Below are positions 53,551-64,000 of a stretch of 64,000 bases of DNA, piece by piece. How positions within the stretch are numbered: the stretch's first letter is position 1; each line of letters begins with the position of its first letter. The notes beneath the pieces were generated by a model. It had not been told where the DNA came from and searched no databases. It saw only the letters and a list, made by a program, of their open reading frames with translations. A program made the position numbers and the translations under genes. Origin of the DNA: Octopus vulgaris (taxonomy: Eukaryota); NCBI GenBank assembly GCA_951406725.2, contig OX597829.1, forward strand, positions 45,818,001 through 45,882,000. Direction: 5' to 3'.

Positions 53551-54418
53551 AATATCTAAAATGTAATTTGTCTGGTAATATTTCCATTGCTACTTTCTTC
53601 AGGTGTTTTAGTTCTTTTCGTTGAGTATCCCACAGTAAAAAGGAAAAAAAAACAAACAAAATCAATATTCGCGTAGGGCTGCCGTAGCAGCAACAAAGTT
53701 AGTCAATGCACTGCTCCCTATAGAATTTATTTATTGACGGCAAGCCACACCTTACTTAAATCAGAATTAGCCCCCCCCCCGCCCCTGGCAAACTGGTCAG
53801 TGTACCCTAAGACGACATTGTATTCAAGGAGAGACTTTAAAAAGAAGCAACATTAGCAGAAGCTCTTCCTTAGTTCCAAAGTTAGGAAACGAATCGATCT
53901 ATCTGTCTGTCTGTCTCTCTGTCTATCTTAGCGAATGAGGTTGTGTGGTGGACAAGGTTGAAAGGGCTGAAGACAGACATTTTTCCTCTTTGACCAATCC
54001 CTCATCAACTTTTTCAAGTTCCACTTGAAAGAGAAGGTGAGGGTAGAGAGGAAAGTGCTGCCCAATAATTTTGTTACATGATGGGTGAAAGCATGCGCCT
54101 CTACATCGAGAGTAGTTGAAATGGAAAACGGCACATGCCCTAGAAGTCAGGGCGATCGTGGTTTGTAGCCCTTCCACGATTAGCCCTTGGAAGACTCGCT
54201 CCTTTGAGGATCTAGTTGATATAGTTTTTATTGTTATTACCTTCTTAGACGATTAAATCACACTCTTATTGTGTTGTCTTATTCCGTCCTCAATCTTTTA
54301 TATAAACCATCAGGATTCAAATTACAATCACACATCTATAACAAATAGATGTAGCTTCTTTATTTTCTTTTAAATCCTCTCCTTCAAACAACCAGGCGTC
54401 AAAATCGACGTGAGTGAC

Positions 54419-54490
<72 letters not shown>

Positions 54491-54535
54491 TATTATTATT
54501 ATAATTATTATAGACGTCGCACAGTATATATGTAT

Positions 54536-54596
<61 letters not shown>

Positions 54597-54597
<1 letters not shown>

Positions 54598-56019
54598 TAG
54601 ATAAGACACAACACACACAAATGAAAGAGAAAATAAAAAAAGAATATTATAGACGAGTTAGATCAATACTAAAAACAGAGCTCAATGCTAAAAACAAGAT
54701 AATAGGTATCAACACTTTAGCTGTCCCAGTTATAAGTTACAGCTACAATATCCTTAACTGGACACGAAATGAACTGTCCAAAATAGATAGGAAAACAAGA
54801 AAAATACTGACAGGATCTAGGATGCATCACCCAAAATCTGACATAGAAAGACTATATATACAACGTATAGAAGGTGGTAGAGGCCTTGTACAGCTGGAAA
54901 ACTACTATAAAATAACCACCATAGGACTGCAAAAATACCTACTTCAGGAGGAAGGAAAACTTATCCAGATAGCAGCAAAACACGAGCAAAACAAAAAACT
55001 GTTCTCAGTATTTAAGGAAGCTGACAAATACAAACAAGAAATCATACCACCTAATAAACACAAAGAAGAAGAAGAAGATCATGAAGAAACAACAAAAGCT
55101 ATAAAACAAATGAAATCCAAACTAAAAATAGAACAGCAACGAGCCATGATAAAACGATGGCAAGAAAAGCCCCTTCATGGTAAATACTGCACTAAACTAA
55201 ACGCAAAAGAAATAGACAAAGAAAAATCCCAGCAATGGTTGAGAAGCTCAGGACTCAAAGCAGAAACAGAGGGATTTTTAATTGCAGCACAAGACCAAAG
55301 CCTCCCCACCAGAAATTACCAAAAACATGTAATGAAAAGAAATATTACAAGTAACTGCAGAATATGTGGAGATGGACAAGAAACAATAAATCATATTATC
55401 TCTAGCTGCTCAGTCCTGGCTAAGAAGGAATATATTCACAGACATGACAGAGTTGGAAACTACATACATTGGAAGCTATGCCAACATTATGGAATAACAA
55501 CAGAAAAAAGATGGTATAGGCACACACCAGAAAAGGTCACAGAAAACGAGAAAGCAACCATACTCTGGGATATGCCGATACACACAGATAGAGAAATTAA
55601 GGCCAACAGACCAGATATAGTTGCCAGAGACCATGAAGAAAAAAAATGCTTTCTAATTGATGTATCAATACCGGCAGATGACAACGTGTCTCTAAAAGAA
55701 ATGGAGAAACTCTCAAAATACAAAGACCTGGAAATAGAGATAACTAGAATGTGGAACCTGAAAACGGAAACAATTCCTATCATAGTAGGTGCATTAGGCA
55801 TGATAAAAAAATATTCAGACAAATACATAACAAAAACACCAGGACTTACAAACACATATAACATACAGAAAATTGCACTACTAGGCACTGCACACATCCT
55901 ACGCAGAACACTTTCCATACAATAACCATCAGAGCATCACAACAAATCACAGCACATACCCAAGGCACACAGAGCTGCGCTCGGTAGTGAAGTGAAAGCA
56001 CGCTATAAAAATAAAACTA

Positions 56020-56022
<3 letters not shown>
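54597..56022 (+). mobile_element. 5'-truncated R4/Dong-clade non-LTR retrotransposon inserted in (TAA)n
   Basis: (TAA)n on both sides, uninterrupted ORF, 97-nt 3' UTR. Dong elements are known to target TAA repeats. Confidence 0.9.
54621..55925 (+). CDS. C-terminal 434 aa of R4/Dong ORF: RT thumb, CCHC finger, restriction-like endonuclease (truncated, not an autonomous gene)
   Basis: RLYIQRIEGGRGL; ETEGFLIAAQDQSLPTR; CRICGDGQETINHIISSC; RHD; RPDIV..CFLIDVSIP..KLSKYKDL; IPIIVGALG; QKIALLGTAHILRR. Confidence 0.9.
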   Translation: MKEKIKKEYYRRVRSILKTELNAKNKIIGINTLAVPVISYSYNILNWTRNELSKIDRKTRKILTGSRMHHPKSDIERLYIQRIEGGRGLVQLENYYKITTIGLQKYLLQEEGKLIQIAAKHEQNKKLFSVFKEADKYKQEIIPPNKHKEEEEDHEETTKAIKQMKSKLKIEQQRAMIKRWQEKPLHGKYCTKLNAKEIDKEKSQQWLRSSGLKAETEGFLIAAQDQSLPTRNYQKHVMKRNITSNCRICGDGQETINHIISSCSVLAKKEYIHRHDRVGNYIHWKLCQHYGITTEKRWYRHTPEKVTENEKATILWDMPIHTDREIKANRPDIVARDHEEKKCFLIDVSIPADDNVSLKEMEKLSKYKDLEIEITRMWNLKTETIPIIVGALGMIKKYSDKYITKTPGLTNTYNIQKIALLGTAHILRRTLSIQ

Positions 56023-56478
<456 letters not shown>

Positions 56479-56689
56479 TCACTCACGACGATTTTGACGC
56501 TTGAATGTTTGAAGGAAAGGAGTTTAAAAATACTTTTGTTGTTATTTTTATTCTGACGGAATCCCGGATAGTTCTTAATTATCGGTTGATGTTTACTTGA
56601 AAGCAGGCAACAACAAATCACCAAAGGTTTCAAGTAGTGCCTTCTGTGACTCAAAGAGACAATACTCTCGTTAGAATGCGAGCTGTAGC

Positions 56690-56969
56690 TAGTGAAAATT
56701 CACTGTTTATTTTACTGGGTATGATGGAAACTGTCAGCTGTCCACAGCCAGTAGTTTACTGGTCATGCTTCAAGAACCCTGCGAAGAATTCCTGCAGTTC
56801 CAAGCAATGCTGATTTTTGTCGGTGTTCTCCCTTCACACTTGCACCAGTCTTTTTCAGCCATGCTGGTAGTTGAGTTCTGATATTTTCAAGTGCACCAAT
56901 TACTATTGGTATCACGTCTACTCTCTTCATTGTCTACAACCTTCGTATTGCTATTGACCACAACCTTCG

Positions 56970-56970
<1 letters not shown>
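56690..56970 (-). mobile_element. 3' end of a third R4/Dong subfamily
   Basis: Minus strand MKRVDVIPIVIGALENIRTQLPAWLKK..QKSALLGTAGILRRVLEA* (stop at 56763-56765). Confidence 0.8.
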
Positions 56971-57040
<70 letters not shown>

Positions 57041-57046
57041 GTTATT

Positions 57047-57342
57047 ATGTTTTTCCTTCTTTCTTCAAATTTTCTTCCGTTTCTCGCAGAGTGTTTTCCG
57101 TACACCTAGGGCAGAGAAGCTCATTGTATGCATTCGCAGATTACACACGCAAATTCACAGATAAAATATGTATTTAAAAATTAATAAATAAATAAATTCA
57201 TGGATGGATGTTATTTTCACAGCGATAGTGCTCTTCTCAGTACATGAGCCGTTCCAGTTAATACGATTTTTTGTACTTCCTGTAGGGATGGTAAGCCTGG
57301 AATCATTTTCAAATAGGTTTCAGTACCTTTTTTTATCATTCC
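57047..57342 (-). mobile_element. 3' end of a fourth R4/Dong subfamily
   Basis: Minus strand GMIKKGTETYLKMIPGLPSLQEVQKIVLTGTAHVLRRALSL* (57217-57342), between (ATT)n tracts. Confidence 0.85.
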
Positions 57343-57400
<58 letters not shown>

Positions 57401-57577
57401 GGCAAAGTGCTTAGCGGCATTGTTTCCAGCAATACTTTCTGAGTTCAAATTCCACCAAGGTCGAATTTGTCTTTCATCTTTTCAGGGCCATAAAGTAAGT
57501 ACCATTCAAGAATTAGGATCGATGTTATCGGAATACACCCTCCCCGCAAAAAAACTGCTGGTGTTGTTTTCAGAAAT

Positions 57578-58135
57578 TCTTCTTCTTCTTCTTCTTCTTC
57601 TTCTTCTTCTTCTTCTTCTTCTTCTTCTTCTTCTTCTTCTTCTTCTTCTTCTTCTTCTCCTTCTTCTCCTCCTTCTTCTTCTCCTTCTTCTTCTCCTTCT
57701 TCTTCTTCTTCTTCTTCTTCTTCTTCTTCTTCTTCTTCTCCTTCTTCTTCTTCTTCTTCTTCTTCTTCTTCTTCTCCTTCTTCTTCTCCTTTTCTTCTTC
57801 TTCTTCTTCTTCTTCTTCTCCTTCTTCTTCTTCTCCTTCTTCTTCTTCTTCTTCTTCTTCTTCTTCTTCTTCTTCTTCTTCTCCTTCTTCTTCTTCTTCT
57901 TCTTCTTCTTCTTCTTCTTCTTCTCCTTCTTCTTCTTCTTCTTCTTCTTCTTCTTCTTCTTCTTCTCCTTCTTCTTCTTCTTCTTCTTCTTCTTCTTCTT
58001 CTTCTTCTTCTTCTTCTTCTTCTTCTTCTTCTTCTTCTTCTTCTTCTTCTTCTTCATCTTCTTCTTCTTCTCCTTCTTCTTCTTCTTCTTCTTCTTCTTC
58101 TTCTTCTTCTTCTTCTTCTTCTTCTTCTTCTCTTC
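57578..58135. repeat. About 560-bp (CTT)n/(GAA)n polypyrimidine microsatellite
   Basis: Direct reading, with occasional CTC variants. Confidence 0.97.
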
Positions 58136-58650
58136 CTCTTCTTTCTTCTATTATCACTGATAAGTCATCAATAAGCGAATGTATTCCCGTGTGCCTGTTT
58201 CCAGGCAACAAAATTTATCAGTTCCCTCTAGACCTTCTTTGTTAGGTCTTGCGCGATAAGAATCAGTCGAAGCAACCAGAATATGAAGAAGCCATTTCAA
58301 TTGAGAAGTTTCGATAACTTCAACCAACCAACATGATATCACTCGTATACTTGGGGAATGTGATGTAGTCCTTCTTCCTCAACTAAAAAAATCTAAGTAA
58401 CCTTGTGACTATGTGAAAATACAATATATTGATTTATTTTGTGTAGACAAAGGCAATTTTTGTTAAAAAGGAGTGCGATCGTTTGATTCAATCAGTCAAT
58501 ATGGGATTAATATGATAATATAGCAGGCGGCGAACTGGCAGGGTCCTTACCACTCTGGGCAAAATGTTTAGCGGCATTTCGTCCGTCTTTACGTTCTGAG
58601 TTCAAATTCCGCCCAGGGCGATCGAGTTTGCGTTAAGTGATTAATATGAT

Positions 58651-58892
58651 GTGGATGTGCAATGGCCCAGTGGTTAGGGCAGCGGACTCGCGGTCGTAGG
58701 ATCGCGGTTTCCATTCCCAGACTGGGCGTTGTGAGTGTTTATTGAGCGAAAACACCTAAAGCTCCACGAGGCTCCGGTAGGAGATGGTGGCTATCCCTGC
58801 TGTACTCTTTCGCCACAACTTTCTCTCACTCTTTCTTCTGTGTTGGCCTGCTCGCTTAGCTAGCGGGGTAGTGTAATTTGAAGGCTAAAACA

Positions 58893-58895
<3 letters not shown>
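58651..58895 (+). mobile_element. SINE family C (tail type 3, truncated)
   Basis: Same head and body up to CTTTCTCTCACTCTTTCTTC, then TGTGTTGGCCTGCTCGCTTAGC. Confidence 0.82.
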
Positions 58896-58950
<55 letters not shown>

Positions 58951-59737
58951 AAGTATATTTATAAATATACTTATATATCTCACACTGACAATAATATAGT
59001 TATAACAGTATTTGTGTTTGTTTCCCACCATCTTTTGAAAACCGGTGTTGGTTTGTTCATATCTCAGTAACTTAGCAGTTCAGCGAAAGAGACAGAATAA
59101 GCACTAGGCTTAAATAAACAAAATCGTATGTACTGGGGTCAATTTTGACTACAAAATTCCTTCAAAGCGACGCCCCAGCACGACTGAATAATAAAATCTG
59201 TTTACTTCCTGATTTGAACCCTAGAATCAAGACAGACAAGGAAGTGAAGGCGGTTCTTAACTCGGCACTCGGTATTTTTCTTTTACCAATTCATCCTCTG
59301 AAAAGATGAGGTTTTGTTTAACTCAAAGTCAAAGGCAATCAGGAAGAATTAAGAATGAATGCCTTTCCAGCCGTCACTATTCAGCCTTTTAGGTATTTCT
59401 AGTTCTACGTTATTCAGTGTGTTTCCTTTTTTTCCAAATAGTAAGGTGTAATTCAAGTGAGGTTTAGTTGCTATGTCTTGATGTTTGAGTATATACTATT
59501 GCCGTATATAGATGTTTTCGATCTATTTTGTATTCTTTGCCATGAAATTTGAATCCAAACTAGATCGAAAACATCTATATTACAAGAGTGGTATAAAGCC
59601 ATCCGCCACTGTATAAACGAAAGCGATTTTAGAGTACTACTTCCTATCCACATACGCACTTCACGTCTTGCGTTTCTCATCAGCTGCAACCAGTTTCTCA
59701 AGCAAAGTGGGTATAAAACTCAGTTGTTTATGTTTTA

Positions 59738-60135
59738 CTAGCAGTATCGCCCGGCGTTGCTCGGGTTTGTAAGGGAAATAACTATATAAGCATTTTTAGA
59801 GATGTAAAGTATAATAGCCATCTCAATATGGCTAACCACAAAGGAGGGGGGTGTTACTGTAGCTTTTTACGTTCTGAGATTTAATAATAAATTTTTAGAG
59901 AGTTACTTCCCTTATATATGCCAAAAATGCATTAAAAATGGGGAAAATTTATGGTAAATTTTTTAAAAAATCGAAGACTCATCGTAGACGCGCGCTAATA
60001 CCCAGAAGGGCTTGATATGAATCACGACTATAAGATACCCGGTTTTGGTTAAACTGCACCGCAAAATGTGGGAGTAGTTAGGAATCTAAATCGTAGGAGA
60101 CAGACAGCACACAGCCTCTCTTTTATATATAAAGA
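59738..60135 (-). mobile_element. Non-autonomous Helitron
   Basis: Minus strand A|TCTTTATATATAAAA ... CCCGAGCAACGCCGGG hairpin, 10 nt, CTAG|T. Canonical TC/CTRR ends in an AT target, no TSD. Confidence 0.9.
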
Positions 60136-61042
60136 TTTCCTTTCCGAATAAGAACTCAGACAGATGCGTTGGTAATTTTATTCCTTGCAGCAATAATTTC
60201 ATTGTGATTTTTCTGTCGCTTTATTCAAATGATTGTCTATGCAAATGACTACGCAAACCGCCATCAGTCTTGTTGAATAGTGTAATAACTATATTATTGT
60301 CAGCGTGATATATATAAGTATATTTATAAAGTGAAATAATGCTGCCGCTAATGTATCAAGGTGATATATAAGTATATTTTGTAAAATGAAATATAACCAA
60401 TTATAAAGTAATGAATGTGAGTTGAGTATATTAGAATACTGAGATAAAGTTAACTACAATGTGGCCAATAATAGCGATAATCATGTCATAATATACTTAT
60501 CAGTCATTGAGACAACATTATGAGATAGACTGAAAAAAAGCCAATTATATTGCAATCAATGGGGAATATATGGGAGCTGCTGGATGTAGCGACAAGTAAG
60601 TATCGAAGGAAGAGAGTGGGAGACATTGAACCCTGAAGGGAACCAGAAGTACATGTGTATGCAACAAAAAGAACACTACCAACTCGCCCGAGACAGATTG
60701 CTTGCCACCGATCCAAGAAGGCGGGAAGTTTTGCATATTAGCCATGATTGAAGTTTCAGGTAAAAGCACTGAACTATCATCAGGGAACTGGTTGCAAAAA
60801 GAAACTATGTTTAGTCTAGTCCCGCTAAAGATAAGACAACCCCTCCAGTGCTGGTGCCATGATAAAATGCATACCGCTTACACTGTGCATAGTATATGAT
60901 GATATTGCTTGGTATTGCTTTCACATGAGTTTTTGTTGAACTTTAAAACTGCAACGATCTTACGTAATTTCTAAATTCTGTAGATTTGCCAATGTCGGCA
61001 CGAACAATTTTAGATGTTGGGGAGTGTAGTGATTCCTCTAAA

Positions 61043-61390
61043 TCAGGGATTCTCAACCGTTTTTTTAAACTATGGACTACTTTGATTGTTATTTTATTCT
61101 GGTGGATCCCATAGCCATTCGATGTTTAAAAGCTAGTTTTATAGAAACTTCTTTCAAAATTCTTATTTTGTTTTTTTACACATTAACTTGTGAAGGTTAA
61201 ACTATGTAAAATGTTAGAGAAAGAAACCCGGCTGTTTTTTGGAATACACACCAATACATACATCTAAAGTAACCTTTTTTCAGGGACCCTTAAAATAGTA
61301 TTGTGGATCCTTAATCTATTATTTTGCTGCGTGGCCCCCACCAAAATCTTATATGAACCCTCAGGGGCCATACTGATCCCGGTTGAGAAT
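61043..61390. mobile_element. hAT-like MITE
   Basis: CAGGGATTCTCAACCG ... CGGTTGAGAAT inverted termini, right end clipped. Confidence 0.5.
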
Positions 61391-62274
61391 GTAAAGATGA
61401 TTTATTTCCCCCTGATTTTTGATTTTTGGATTTTCTTACAGCTTTCCTATATTAGTTGGGTTGAGGATAAAGTCTAGAAGGGATATGAACATGTAACTTT
61501 GTATCTCTGAATTCCTTGTGTGGTTTCTGGTAGTTGATTTTTGGAAAACGGCTTGTTAGCTGTTGGAATGATGCGAGTGTAAATGTTTTATCTGGAGTTG
61601 TTACCGTGACATTTGATATAGTACGGCTATTGTTAAAGCTGTCAATACCGCTAATTATTTTGGGGCAAAGATTTATAATTTGTTTTGTGGTTTACGATGG
61701 ATGCAAATGTTTGCCACTTGTCTGTTTGCAATTGTTCAGATTCTTTTAATTCCTGTGTTGTTTTTTATTCTTATTTGCTTTTTTATGGGTGTGAATTTTG
61801 TTTCATGTGTATGTGTGTATGTTGATGTGTTGTATTTTTCAGTTCTTCAGTAACGTATTTGTGGTTGCATTTTTTTACATTGCCTTCTGGCATGTTTTTT
61901 TTTGTGAGCATATACAATTATTTCTTGAATTAATGTACTATAATGTCTATGTTGGTGACTGAAATATTATTTTCTGTTTTCTACAAATCTCAATTCTATT
62001 TTGTGGCAGGAGTGATTCTCCTGGTTCCCCCTTTTTTATTATGTCTGCAAGTGAACTAAACAGAAGAGGAAAAACAGGTTGAATAGAAAAGTCGCTGAAG
62101 AGGTCACAGATGTGCTACGAAAGATTTCCAGACAATGGATATAAGATAAAATAAGAACAATAATAAACGAGTGTTTTCATTTTGTTCATTGATATGTATG
62201 TTGTAATAGAGACATATAAGTAGTCAAACGAACATTAGAAGAACTATGTGCCATGTGGTTTTAATAACTAGATG

Positions 62275-62661
62275 AATGAATCGACCCCAGTAAGTGATTT
62301 TAAAGCCTGGTACTTACTCCATCGGTCACTTTTGTCGAACCACTGAGTTACGGTGACGTAAACAAACCAATATCTGTTGTCAAGCGGTGGTGGGTGACAA
62401 ACAGACACAAATACACTCAAATACACATGCATGCACACACACACACACACGCGTGCGCGCGCATATATTAGCTCCTACACGCATTTTTTCTCTCCTTTTT
62501 TTTTTCTCCTTGTTTCTTTTCTGTGTATCTTTCTGTCGAAGAGCGTAGGCTCGAAACGTAAAAGACTTGTTCTATTTCTATTCCTGACCGCCATACTAAT
62601 ACAATTGTTTGTTTGTAGTCCACCTGCCTTCGTCTTTTGTTTATTTTTGTAAACCTTCCGG

Positions 62662-62693
<32 letters not shown>

Positions 62694-62770
62694 CGGGCTT
62701 CTTTCAATCTTCGTCTCCCAAATACACTCACATGGCTTTGGTCGGCCCGAAACTGTGGTAGAAGAGACAT
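62275..62770 (-). mobile_element. Degraded SINE family A hosting the hammerhead-like element in its internal microsatellite; another family A copy follows at 62777-63157 (+)
   Basis: 3' half at 62275-62425 and 5' half at 62690-62770 on either side of the insert. Confidence 0.75.
62468..62663 (+). mobile_element. Short pLTR-like repeat with hammerhead-like motif, copy 3
   Basis: TCTTT-CTGTCGA-AGAGC-GTAG-GCTC-GAAACGTA-AAAGA at 62528-62565, followed by (TA)n. Confidence 0.75.
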
Positions 62771-64000
62771 ATACATGTGGCTCTGTGATAGAAGCTTGCT
62801 TCCCAACCACGTGGTACCGGGTTCAGTTCCACTGCGTGGGACCTTGGGCAAGTATCTTCTACTATAGCCTCGGGCCGACCAAAATCTTGTGAGTGGATTT
62901 GGTAAACAGAAACTGAAAGAAACCGTCGCATATATATATATATATATAATATATAATATTGGTGTGTGTGTGTGTAAGTCTTTGTGCCGCTTGGCGACCG
63001 GTGTTGGTGTGTTTACGTCCATGTAACTTAGCGGCTCGGCAAAAGAGATGCGATAGAATAAGTACTAGGCTCACAAAAATAAGTCCTGGAGTTGATTTGT
63101 TTGACTAAAGCCCTTCAAGGCGGTGCCCCAACGTGTCCACAGTCAAATGAATGAAACACACACACACACGCACCCACATTTCAACAATAAAACTAGAATA
63201 TTATTAATGAAAGCTTTGTTAATAGTAAAATACAGATCTAACATTTACAGTTCTCTAGAGATGAACGAGTAGTCAGATCTCGATCAAAACAAGCAGGAGT
63301 CAACGGATAAATATTGTCATTTCAACTTTGATGCTTCTCCCTTCAATCACAGCACCATTCCTAATGTAACCTTATCGCCTACTACACAAATATTCAATTA
63401 AAACGTCAGTAACAGTACTAAAATCATTCAGAAGACGAGACCCAGAGGTCGAAAAATGTAAATAAATTATTGCTCTGGTTTCATCAAGAGTATATATATC
63501 CAAATTATGATTTCTGTTAGATTTAACGATATTAATAACCTGCTGTCAGAACTCAAAATACTTATGTTTGAGAGTAAAGCGTCAGGAGAGTACGGAGCGG
63601 AATGTTAATTAATAAATGGCAAAAGAATAGGAGTTAGGTGTTCACTTTCATTAGCTTGCAGCTGTTTCTGCTGTAATATGCATTGCGCTCAGAGCTGAGT
63701 GCTTCTGCGACATCTTATAATCTTAGAGATTAAGAAGTGTATGGTTATTGCTGAAAGCATTTAAATTCAAAGTTAGTTACCTGTAGAACCATATATATAA
63801 TATTATACGGCTGGAGGAAGAGAAATTTCCGCCTAATGATAACTACGTATATCTACATATATATCTTTAAATCAAAACACATACACACACACACACACTC
63901 ACACACTCTCTCACACACACACACAAACACACATGCACGCATACAAGCGAGCGCTGTCATACATAAATGTACACGTACAAAGAGATAAGAACAGACAAAT

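Noticed and set aside
57204-58211. Poly-L/F, poly-K/R and poly-E ORFs of 183-318 aa
   Set aside because: All come from the (CTT)n tract.
58154-58342. Possible fifth R4/Dong fragment on the minus strand
   Set aside because: Only vague resemblance to the AAQDQ/CCHC region and key residues are missing.

Overview
AT-rich, microsatellite-saturated eukaryotic DNA. The SINE repertoire and simple-repeat style point to an octopod cephalopod (inferred from remembered repeat consensuses, not searched). Only one host gene is supported: its last two coding exons (718-840 and 6157-6887, + strand, GT-AG intron, matching phase 1) encode a C-terminal PNP_UDP_1/MTA-SAH-nucleosidase-like domain. The rest is mobile DNA: four SINE-like families (some nested, with clear TSDs), R4/Dong-type non-LTR retrotransposons stacked in (AAT)n arrays, a degraded Penelope-like element, mariner and maT/DD37D remnants, a non-autonomous Helitron, two HINE-like elements and piggyBac/hAT-like MITEs. 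Almost all ORFs in the supplied track are microsatellite or SINE artefacts. The most striking unannotated signal is a set of short, often palindromic insertions in (TA)n tracts, several carrying hammerhead-ribozyme motifs. These are a 384-bp inverted repeat with a canonical hammerhead in each arm (11089-11472), a U3-A8 core-variant hammerhead next to the Penelope remnant (50084-50125), and a three-copy family with an A6U-type core (2287, 23795, 62528). All alignments and folds were done by eye.
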